In this document: piece by piece, positions 53,132 through 64,000 of the stretch
Layout of the letters: every line of letters begins with the position of its first letter
Numbering within the stretch: the first letter of the stretch is position 1
Assembly: GCA_964304625.1 (NCBI GenBank)
Contig: OZ199838.1
Span: 15,552,929-15,616,928, forward strand
Length of the DNA: 64,000 nucleotides
Source: Kudoa neothunni
Taxonomy: Eukaryota; Animalia; Cnidaria
Direction of reading: 5' to 3'
Translations under genes and position numbers: made by a program
The notes under the pieces: generated by a model
Told to the model about the DNA's origin: nothing
The model's database searches: none
Seen by the model: only the letters and a program-made list of their open reading frames with translations

Positions 53132-54105
53132 ATGGCGAAAATTATAAATAATCAGGCAAGAAAATTATTCTAGTAGGTTAAATAATTAATTTTTATCAGA
53201 AAGAAATAAATAAGATATCTTCTAATTGGGATATGGGCGATGAATGGCTCCAAAATATGGATATAACCTCAACCAACTCTAAACAATATTATGAGAGTTT
53301 GTTTGAAGAGATGAAACCTCAAAATTTGAAAATCAACAACATAAGCAATGATGATTTTAAAAGGGAGTTCATTTTGTAGGTTTAACTGTGTTTTTTTACC
53401 AAATTCTGTAATTGCATTTAGGTGTAAGGAAGCTGAAGACAATGTTAAGTTGGCATTGGAAAAACTAATTGATTTGAATGTGACTATAATGCGACCATCA
53501 GATTATTTCGCCGAAATGATCAAATCAGATGACCAAATGAACAAAGTTGCTAGCATTACTCCCACTCAGGGTTAGAATGCAATGTTATTAAATTTTCTAG
53601 ATCAAAGCAAATGTTATTCAACGCACAGAAGCACTAGAAAAAACACGGAAAGTGAGTGAAATAAGGAAAATGAAGAAATTTGGAAAGAAAGTTCAACAAG
53701 AAGTGTTGAAAAAACGCGAGCAAGAAAAAAGCGCATCCAAATTGAGAATAAAAAAGTTTTCCAAGAGATGTAATATTTTCTATTCGAATTAAACGCTAAT
53801 TTCTTATTTTCTGTATAAATTTAGTTAATCAACAAACTCAACTTGACGATGATGAAGCTGGTGAAAACAATGGTGGTTTTCGTGGTCGAAGAAAGCTACA
53901 ATCAACAAAAAATTCTGGAAAATCGTAATCCACTTCAATAATTTTGATTATTTAATGTAATTAAATGTTGTTTAGAATTTCGCGCCAACAAAAGGACAGC
54001 AAATTTGGTTATGGCAACGGTTTTCGTAAAAATGCCCAATCGGCCGGGAAAAAATCGAAACGACCGGGAAAAGTTACCCGAATGAAGAATAGAACTAAAA
54101 GATAA
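53132..54105 (+). CDS. EBNA1BP2: rRNA-processing protein EBP2 (spliced)
   Basis: NDDFKREFIL, RPSDYFAEMIKSDDQMNK, MKKFGKKVQQEV, KFGYG and KRPGK..R. Confidence 0.95.
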
Positions 54106-54289
54106 ATAGTTGCTATAGTGTATAGTTAGTGTGTATTTGTTCTATTCTCCTCTATTGAAGTTGTAGCGGATTTTATTTGTTAAATGTATCGAGAAATAGT
54201 AAACTGTCTGCAATTTATAAACAATAATGATTCATAATCAATAGTCGTAATACGTTTTTATTCTGATTATTATCATTTTGTTGGTTCTA

Positions 54290-57200
54290 ATGTTGACCCC
54301 TTCAATTTTAACACTGTATATTTTACTGAGTTGTCAATTACCCAAACCAACCCTCTCTCTTCTTATGGGTAAAGGTCGTATCGTGCAATGTGAGCAGAAG
54401 TCTATAAGAAATAAATCCTGTACCACTACTCTTCATATAACTGTTTCAATTACTTCTACAAAGGTAGATATTTTTTAAGCATACATTTAAATGACTAATT
54501 TTTTTAGAAAGTAATTGATACTTTTTGGGTAGAAATTCCCACATCTACTACTAATACTTCTAACAAATCTACGCCTACTAATAGCACTAGTAACAATACG
54601 CGTGTGTTTATAGTAACAGTTGAAAAAAAGAAAATGGGAATCTTGTATCCATATTCTTATACAGGGGTATGTATATAATGTAGACTAGGGGTTCTCAACC
54701 GGTTATTTAAGTGACAGTAGGTATATTAAATAACATCAAATCGAGATAGGGAGAATTTTCGCATTAGGAGTTTGTGATGTACTTCCGGATTTCTAAGGAA
54801 TTATATTATTCAGGGATATCAAACTCAAAAAGAATTAGGAAAAAATTCTTAAAATTTTTTTAGGAATATGTTTTTAACAATTATTTATAAAACTATTCTT
54901 AGTCTCTTTTTTTATGTCTCGTTTATCTTTTAACGGTGTAGCGTAATAATAATATTTAAAATGAATATTTTTATGATAATATTCAAATGCCATGTTTTGA
55001 CGATTTTTAATTATTTCAAGTCCATAAGAGCGAAGGATTCGGGAAGAAATGATTTTATTTGGAAAAATCTAAAAAATACAATCTGTGTATACAACTTTGA
55101 GAGTGAAAGTTGATGGGATTAAAAATTGTCATTATGAAAACATATCTACTTTTTAGGATCAGAATGTATCCCTCAAATAGCTTCTGTTTTAGCTAAACCA
55201 GTTTAAAGCTTGAAGGTAAATATGAATCTGGCTTCCAAATTCAGTAGGTAAATTTCGATTTTTCATCATGATAAGGGGTAATTTGAAAAAACCGTTGAAA
55301 ACCCCTGATTTAGGATTTAGACAGTTCGCTTTTACAGTTAGGTTGTTTAGTACAGTGTCAATGGAAATCCGTACGAAATCGTTCGTCATACTTATAATTG
55401 TAGCGATCGATGGAGGGATGAAAAAGCTACTTGTGGATATTATACTGTAGAATTTGAGCACGTCAGAAATACTCAATCACAACAACAATTGCTATTTGGA
55501 AGCCAAGGTATATGTTGCCGTTGCCCGAGTGTAAGAGGGAAATCAACATGTCGGAAACATCTATTGTATCGCTCGCAAACTGCTCATTGCTTGCGTATGT
55601 CAACATTGTGGTATAGAGTGTATAGTATTGAAAATTATTTGTATACCACGCAACTCGTTGTATCTCTCTATGAACAGCTCATCCCTCGGCCGAATTCAAC
55701 CTACCCCACCAAAATCCAAAAACTACTTAAAAAACAAGAAATCAAACTAAAATTCTCAGAAAAAGACAGCATATTTAATTTCACTTATGATTCCTTTGCT
55801 AGTGTCCATTTTGTCGGCAATATTGTAATCAACGCACCTTCAATCATACCTAGCAACAGTCATATCCTACTTATGCCGTATCTACGAATTCCACATCAAG
55901 ATTTCACTCTTAAATCTACGAAAAAGTATATACAAGCTCTTAATGTAATCAAATTAATTAATTTATTTGAATGACGTATTGAGTTTAGAATCCTTTAATA
56001 ATTCCTAATTATATGCTAGACCTCAGTGGAAACACTTGCAATAAAATTGGAGTACAATTCGCTGCTTTTCAATCACAAGGGCTTCAAAGTAAAGGATATG
56101 GTTGCAGCTTTAAAATTAACTCGTATGCAAATCTGTCTGATTTATTATTATTTTAAAAATTTAGTTGTACACAAAACCAACCTCTAAAATTGTTGAATGA
56201 ACAGCTTATTAATTTACATGATCATAGACCGACAAAATATCTTATTTACTCCTATGGTAAACTTATGAATAACACTACTAAAATTATAAAGAAATTAAAG
56301 GTATTATAATTAGTATTTTATGTATACAATATTGTGTAGTCAAGTCATATTCAGTTTTATACATCATCAAAATCCAAATTTTATTCTGATTTGGAGAGAG
56401 GTATTATATTTTATTATTAATTAAAATATTTGATTTATATTGATTAAATGTAGGATTTTACATAATAGATTTTTTCAAACAAAAGCCCCTTATTTTAGAA
56501 TATTTTCTTGATCTAACTGTAAACAGTGTGGTTAATTTTATTTTCAACTTATCAAACGTTACTTTTTTTAATCCAAAGTAAGTGTTGAATATGTCGTTAT
56601 TATTAATTTTAATTGAATTATTTTTTAGTGTTCATGCTTCTGTTTGGGTCGAATCAGTACAATGGTTTCCATTACTTAATAATAATTATTATGAGTTCGT
56701 AAATGTTTCATTGGTTTATGGCATTCATTTGCATGTTAATTTTGAAACAACATTGAATGTATGATACATTGTGATCTATTTTTATACTTTTCATTCTGAT
56801 AGGTGTTAATTAAATGTGCTGGAAGTATTGCTCTTATTAAAAAACCTGAATATATTTTTCATTCGAGAATTACTCCAAAGAAGGATAAAAAGAGTGTTTT
56901 TGGCATAAATTTTCTGGTCATCACGAATCAAACACATCATAATCAAATTTTCTGCTCGAGTTAGTTCTTATTTTACATAATTATCATAGAATTAATATAA
57001 ATTAGTTAAATGCTACGATGAATCAATGTTAATGCTGAATAGCACAAGCTTTAATATCAATAAATTGGTAGCTAACCCAGAATTATTTATACCCAAACTA
57101 ACACATCCGCCAATAAACACTTCAACACCTGCAAGTGATGACATCAAAAAAATAATACCAAAAATCTACAAATCAATAAAAGAAAAAAATAAACCAAATC

Positions 57201-57370
57201 ATTTTCTATCAACTATATTCAATAATGTTGGTGGTAAGTTGAAAATTTTCCTAAATAACTTGCCTTCCTTTACACTACCTGTTGGAGCTGCCACTTTTGC
57301 CATTATTGTCGTCGTTATTATTGTTTTATTTAAATTTCTTCCTTGTATTTTCTCAAACAAATCTAAATAA
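54290..57370 (+). CDS. HAP2: HAP2/GCS1 class II gamete fusogen (multi-exon)
   Basis: Signal peptide; VNGNPYE...CSD...ATCG; SQGICCRC..RG...C...TAHCLRMSTLWYRVYSI; DLSGNTCNKIGVQFAAFQSQ...C..NQP; C-terminal TM and short tail. Confidence 0.93.
54686..55307. mobile_element. Non-autonomous hAT (Charlie-type) element in HAP2 intron 2
   Basis: TAGGGGTTCTCAAC ... GTTGAAAACCCCTG inverted ends; degenerate 8-bp flanks ATGTAGAC / ATTTAGGA. Confidence 0.65.
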
Positions 57371-58034
57371 CTACTTGTTAAATATTATTTATATAATTTG
57401 TTTATTTTGTTATTTTCTTGCATTAAGCTTATTTTGTCGTTATGATGACGTAAATGAAAAATATAATAGGGTTTTGAATTATGATCTTTCAATATAATAT
57501 TTATTAATTGTTATACATACTTTTTGACATAAAAATGTTGTGTTGTAAGAAATGAAATAAAATTATTTATGAGCTTAAATAAATTTATTTAATCTGTAGT
57601 TACTTTTTTAACTTTAGTAATATTTTTTTGATGAACATTATATAAGCTATACATTTTTTTTAATTAACATATTTTGGAATATGTGATATTTTAATCATGC
57701 TGAATGTAAATTAAAGTTTTGTCTGAAGGAATGTATGAATGTATACATAATTCGATGTTTTGCTATGAGATTATATATCAATTATTTTCTACAATTTTTT
57801 AGGCATAATTAAATATTAATAGATTTACTGTGTGTAAATTGTTCGATAATATTTATCGAAAATCTAAGCGAAATATTCGAATTAAAAAAACCGTTAAAAA
57901 TAGCTCGTTTTATGATCAATGAATAATACTATTGATTTATTACTTGTACTTAGAAACATCGGCGTATTATTTATTTAGGATGTTCTCAATTAAATATTAG
58001 TATTTGCGAATCTCATTTATTATAGTTGACAAAA

Positions 58035-59469
58035 ATGTTATTTTTATTAACATTTGTTGTTTTAAGTGTTAACTATTTTCATATAAGATCAGGTACATTT
58101 CTTTTGTTTAATCTAAATAATGCCAATATAGAACCACCACTTCTTTCTTATGAAAAAGACGTGGGTGAATTCAAAGCAGGAGAAGATATAAACAATGAAC
58201 TAACAAGATGGTATATCAATACAAAAACAACTAAATGCGAAACGTTCCAATACAGAGGAACAAAAGGCAACTTTAACAATTTCAGAACAGAAATAGAATG
58301 CAAAAGACATCGTAAACTTTCTTTCAATGTCATAGACTAAATTTATATAGTTGAAAATCCTATTTCTGATAAAATTAATGGTTGCGAAGACGAAGCTAAA
58401 ATAAGGGGTTTTTGCAGTGATAATATTACAAAAAAATGGTCTTGGAATAAAGACGCTGCTGCTTGTCAAGAATTTCAATACTCCGGCTGCGGCGGGAATA
58501 AAAATAGATACGATTCAATGGAAGAATGCAAAAGTTTCTGTTATAGTATGTTTTATACAAAAATATCAATTATTAACGACATTTTTACTCGAAGATGAGG
58601 AATACGGTAAACCAACTAGCGGGAGTTTAGATAATGCGGATGATAAAAAAGAATACGCTCTTCCAAATTATCATGATTGTCATTTGAAACCAGATCTTCA
58701 AAAAAAAGTGGCTGATATCAAAGCTATCGCATTAATTAATGAGAAACAATGTGTGTATGCGGCAGCAGGATTGAAAGACAATAAAAAGATAAGAGGAGCA
58801 TTCGATACTATTAATCAATGCATTCAAAAATGCTTTCGTAATTAATACATCATCTAATTAAATAATGTTTCAATAGCATATGAATATGATGAGACAGATA
58901 CTGATGATGAGAAAGTGAAACAGAAAATACCTGCGTGTAGTAGAGTGCAGCCTGATCAATTTGAAAAGACAGGGGATGAAAACCAAAACCCAACAATAAG
59001 ATTCTATTACGACCATAGCAACAGGGGCTGTTCACGCTTCGAGAGTTGGCCTGGTGTTTTTGATCCCAGAAAAAATAATTTTCCTTCAGCCGAAATCTGC
59101 GAAAGTTATTGTGGATGGGATAAATTATTAAACCTACAATTTTATACTGAAAATTAAACAGAAAGGGCTGTAGAAGAGGGTGCTATAGAAAGAGAACCTG
59201 TTTGTTATATGCCAAAAGCTGGTGAATACAGTGCAACTGATAATATTAATGGAAATCTTAAAGTTAAAAGATGGTATTTCGATAGTTCCGAAAATCAATT
59301 TAAATGCCGTTCGTTCTTGTTTGGTGGACTCAACGGAAATGCTAATAATTTTAAATCTTTTGAGGCCTGCAAAGTTATTTGTTGGAAACAAATGGATCCC
59401 GATGAAACATCGTTTAGTAAAGATGGTGAAGAATACGCTGGAACTAGTGATGATGCACAACATAATTAA
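58035..59469 (+). CDS. Secreted five-Kunitz/BPTI-domain protein, copy 1 (last intron donor mutated)
   Basis: Signal peptide exon, then one Kunitz-like domain per exon (e.g. CQEFQYSGCGGNKNRYDSMEECKSFC; FLFGGLNGNANNFKSFEACKVIC). Confidence 0.88.
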
Positions 59470-59647
59470 CACTGAGATATGTTTTTTCTCAATATTTACT
59501 TTAATCCAGTATAATTGATTAAATTCATATTATATTTACTTTAAAATAATGACTTTTGTTTAGCCAATACTACAAAATTAATAATATAGGTTTTCCTGAT
59601 CAATGTGAAATTTTTTATGAAATAAATGGGAGGTTTATTAAATAAAA

Positions 59648-59967
59648 TTGAGTTTTATCATTAAGATATTTGCCACAAATAAATTTATACCTAAACTAAC
59701 ACTTACACTAATCAACACTTCGACTCCTGCAAATGATGACTTCAAACAAATAATACTAAAAATCAACAAATTAACAAAAGGAAAAAATAAAACAAATCAT
59801 TTTCTATCAACTGTATTCAATTATGTAGGCGGTAAGTCGGAAAGTACCCTTAATAACCTACCCCTTTTACATTCATTGTTGGAGCTGCCACTCTAGTCAT
59901 AATTGCTATCGGTATTATTTTTTACTTTAAATTTATTCCTTTTATTTTCTCAAACAAATATATATGA
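59648..59967 (+). pseudogene. Relic of the last HAP2 exon (frameshifted)
   Basis: FIPKLT..INTSTPANDD...NHFLSTVFNYVGGK..LNNLP matches HAP2 57026-57370. Confidence 0.9.
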
Positions 59968-60631
59968 GTATTTGTTAAATATTATTTATATAAATGTTTA
60001 TATTCCATTATTTTTTTGCGTTATGCGTACGTTGTCGTTATGATTATGAAAATTTAAAAAATGTAATGAAATTTAGAATTATCGCAGATGTTTCGTCCCA
60101 TTTTAATTTTAAATAAAAAATTTTATGTTATAAGGAATGAACTAAAATAATGTCTGACTTTAAATCAGTTTATTTTAATCTGTATTCAATTTAATAATTT
60201 TATTCAATTTTTAAATTTGGAAGGACATTACATAAGTTATAAATTGATTTAAAATTAACATATTTTGAGATAAGTGATATTATATTCATACTGATTGGGA
60301 ATTACAGTTTTGTCAGAAAGAATGTATGAATGTATACATAATTCGATGTTTAGCTATGGGATTATAATATTGCAAATATTTTCCACAATTTTTTAGGCAT
60401 AATTAAATTTTGATGGATTTATTAAAGGTAAATTGTTCGATTATATTTATCGAAAATCTAAGTGAAATATTGGAATTAAAAAAACTGTTAAAAAATAGCT
60501 CATTTTATGGCCAATGAATAATACTATTGATTTATTACTTGTATTTAGAAACATCGGCGTATTATTTCTTTATCGACTTTCCCAATTAAATATTATTATT
60601 TGTGAATCTCATTTATTATAGTTGACAAAAA

Positions 60632-62075
60632 ATGTTATTTTTATTAACATTTGTTGTTGTAAGTTTCAACTATTTTAATATAAGATCAGGTACACATTTT
60701 TCATTCAATCTAAATAATGCCAGTATAGAACCACCACTTCTTTCTTATGAAAAAGACGTGGGTGAATTTAAAGCAGGAGAAGATATAAACAATGAACTCA
60801 CAAGATGGTATATCAATACGGAAACAACGAAATGCGAAACTTTCCAATACAGAGGAACAAAAGGCAACTTTAACAATTTCAGAACAGAAATAGAATGCAA
60901 AAGACATCGTAAACTTTCTTTCAATGTCATAGACTAAATTTATATAGTTGAAAATCCTATTTCTGATAAAATTAATGGGTGCGAAGACACGGTTAAACAG
61001 ATAGGGCCTTGCAAACCTCAGAAAATAGACAAATGGTCTTGGAATAAAGAGTCTGCTGTTTGTGAAAAGTTTGAATACTCAGGTTGTGGTGGTAATAGAA
61101 ACAGATACGATTCAGAAGAAGAATGCAAAAGTTTCTGTTTTAGTATATTTAACACAAAAATACTTGATTAATAATCACATTTTTTCCACGAAGATAAGGA
61201 ATATGGGAAACTAACTGATTCTTTGGATCAAAGCAAACAGGGAGATAAAACAGAATATGCCCTTCCAAATTATCATGATTGTCACTTGAAACCAGACCTT
61301 CAAAATAGTAATGCTGAGATCAAAGCTATCGCATTAATTGATGAGAAACAATGTGTGTATGCGGCAGCAGGATTGAAAGACAATAAAAAGATAAGAGGAG
61401 CATTCGATACTATTAATGAATGCATTCAAAAATGTTTTCGTAATTATTATTATCATAATTTAAATAATGTTTCAATAGCATATGAGCATGATGAAAATAT
61501 TACTGATGATAATGATAAAATGAAACAAAAAATACCTGCATGTAGTAGAGTGCAGCCTGATCAGTTTGGAAAACCAGATTCACCTGCGGACGTCAAACCA
61601 ACAATAAGATTCTATTACGACCATAGCAACAGGGGCTGTTCACGCTTCGAGAGTTGGCCTGGTGTTTTTGATCCCAGAAAAAATAATTTTCCTTCAGCCG
61701 AGATCTGCGAAAGTTATTGTGGATGGGGTAAATTACTAAACCTCCGAATTTTTTATTTAAAATTAAACAGATAAACCTGAAGAAAAGGAAGCTATAGAGA
61801 GAGAACCTGTTTGTTATATGCCGAAAGCTGGAGAATACAGCGCAACTGATAATATTAATGGAAATTTAAATGTTAAAAGATGGTATTTCGACAGTTCCGA
61901 AAATCAATTTAAATGTCGTTCGTTCTTCTTTGGTGGACTCAATGGAAATGCTAATAATTTCAAAACATTTGAAGCTTGCAAAGTTATTTGCTGGAAACAA
62001 ATGGACCCTGATGCAACATCACATGATAAAACTGATGAAAACGAGACAACAGCAGACGATCAAGAAAGAAAATGA
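60632..62075 (+). CDS. Secreted five-Kunitz-domain protein, copy 2
   Basis: Same exon structure as copy 1, with all introns GT-AG. Confidence 0.92.
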
Positions 62076-62249
62076 TGACGCGAGACATTTTTTGTCAATA
62101 ATTACTTTAATTCGTATATTTAGTTATTCTCATATTACAATCACATAAAATCATTAATATTCTCTAGCCATACATCCAAATTTGCAATATTTAGATTACT
62201 CAGATCAATATGAGATTTTTTGTAATAAATTCCAGAATCGTTAAATTAA

Positions 62250-62600
62250 ATTGAGTTTTATCATTAAAATATTTATATCAAATAAATTTATACCAAAATT
62301 TGCCATACGCCAATAAACACCTCAAAACCTGAAAGGGATGACTATTAACAAATAACACTAAAAACTGCAATTCTGTAAAAATAACAAATAAAACTAACCA
62401 TTTCCTATCAAATGTGTTCAGTAATATTGGGGGTAAGTTGAAAACTATCCTAAATAACTTACCTTCCTTTATAGTCCTTGTTGGAGCCGTCACTTTTGTC
62501 ATAGTTGACATCGTTATTATTGTTGTTTTCTCTAAACTTCTTCCTTTTATTTTCTCAACAAAATCTAAGTTACTATTTTTTAAATATTATATGTACAAAT
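62250..62600 (+). pseudogene. Second relic of the last HAP2 exon
   Basis: NHFLSNVFSNIGGKLKTILNNLPSF...GAVTFVIV matches the HAP2 C-terminus; frameshifted upstream. Confidence 0.88.
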
Positions 62601-63260
62601 ACTTTATTATTATGTTATTTTCTTGCGTTACTCTTTTTTTGTTTCTACGATATGTGAATTATAAAAAATGTTATGGGGGTTAGAAGTATTGGCGTTATTG
62701 TATTCAATTTTAATTTTATATTAAAATATTTATCGAATGTTATACACACTTGTTTATATAAAAGGTTTGTTATAAGAAATTAAATAAAATAATGTCTGAC
62801 CTTAAATAAGTTTATTTTAATCTGCAGTCAATTTAATAACTTAATTAAATTTTTTAATTTGGATGAATATTACATAGGTTATAAATTATTTTTAAATCAA
62901 CATTTTTTGAGATTCGTGATATTACATTCATATTGATTGTGAATTAAATTTTTGTCAGAAAGAATACATGAATGTATACATAATTCGATGTTTAGCTAGG
63001 AGCTTTTATAAACGCATTTATTTTATTATATTTCTCAGAAATGATCAACTATTTACAGATTTATAGTATGTGAATTGTTCTATTCTATTTATCAAAAAAT
63101 CTAATCTTAAAGACCGTTCAAAAACAAAACTCGTTTTATGATCAATGAATAATGCAATTGATTGGTCACTTGTATTTAGAAACATCGGCGTATTATTTAT
63201 TTAGCGACTTTTTCAATTAAATATTGGTATTTGTGATTTCCATTTACTATAACTGAAAAC

Positions 63261-64000
63261 ATGTTATTTTTATTAACATTTGTTGTTGTAAGTGTCAACT
63301 ATTTTAATATAAGATCAGGTACACTTCTTTCATTCAATCTAAATAATGCCAGTATAGAACCACCACTTCTTTCTTATGAAAAAGACGTGGGTGAATTTAA
63401 AGCAGGAGAAGATATAAACAATGAACTCACAAGATGGTATATCAATATAAAAACAACTAAATGCGAAACTTTCCAATACAGAGGAACAAAAGGCAACTTT
63501 AACAACTTTAGAACGAAAATAGAATGTGATAGGCATCGTAAATTTTCTATCAATGTCATAGACTAAATTTATATAGTTGAAAATCCTGTTTCTGATAAAA
63601 TTAATGGTTGCCAAGATGATGTTAAGTTGGCGGGGCCTTGTAGCATGAAAACAGAAAAATGGTCATGGGACCCGTCTAAAGCTGTTTGTGAAAAGTTTGA
63701 ATACTCAGGTTGTGGTGGGAGTAAAAACAGATATGATTCAGAAGAAGAATGCAAAAATTTCTGTTTTAGTATATTTGACATAAAAACACTTGATTAATAA
63801 TAACATTTTTTACACGAAGATAAGGAATATGGGAATCCAACTAATCCGGACACGTTAAATAGCAAAGATGGCAAAAACGAATACGCCCTTCCAAATTATC
63901 ATGACTGTCACTTGAAACCAGACCTTCAAAAGAGTGATGCTGAGATCAAAGCTATCGCATTAATTAATGAGAAACAATGTGTGTACGCGGCAGCAGCATT
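63261..64000 (+). CDS. Secreted multi-Kunitz protein, copy 3 (truncated by window end)
   Basis: Domains 1-2 and the start of domain 3 are homologous to copies 1-2. Confidence 0.9.

Larger units (their letters stand above)
57047..64000 (+). repeat. Tandem segmental repeat, ~2.6-kb unit (HAP2 3' fragment, spacer and Kunitz gene); at least 3 units, running off the window
   Basis: Kunitz ATGs at 58035, 60632 and 63261, with shared spacer motifs (e.g. GAATGTATACATAATTCGATGTTT, TTAGAAACATCGGCGTATTATT). Confidence 0.95.

Noticed and set aside
29388-59469. Alternative genetic code or stop read-through to explain fragmented ORFs
   Set aside because: The breaks are accounted for by short GT-AG introns, and standard stops end the genes at expected positions.

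Overview
AT-rich animal (metazoan) genomic DNA with very short (~40-70 nt) spliceosomal introns, tightly packed genes and strongly diverged proteins. This resembles a reduced parasite genome such as a myxozoan or orthonectid, but the taxon is an inference only. The first ~29 kb is mostly decayed DNA transposons (hAT, MULE, Merlin/ISXO2-like, Tc1/mariner, piggyBac). It also holds one intact 1860-aa non-LTR retrotransposon with RT, CCHC and restriction-like endonuclease domains (NeSL/Utopia-like). That element sits in the anticodon loop of a tRNA-Thr(UGU) locus. A complete tRNA lies at its 5' junction, while a 3'-half tRNA and the relic of an older related element lie at its 3' junction, so this looks like a tRNA-targeting element that regenerates its own target. 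The right half holds host genes: PABPN1, a very divergent NALCN-like channel, TMEM106, CPSF4, a probable CNEP1R1, a GT31 glycosyltransferase, EBP2 and the gamete fusogen HAP2/GCS1. It ends in a tandem array of secreted five-Kunitz-domain genes whose repeat unit carries a relic of the last HAP2 exon and whose reactive loops are hypervariable. All alignments and identities were judged by eye.
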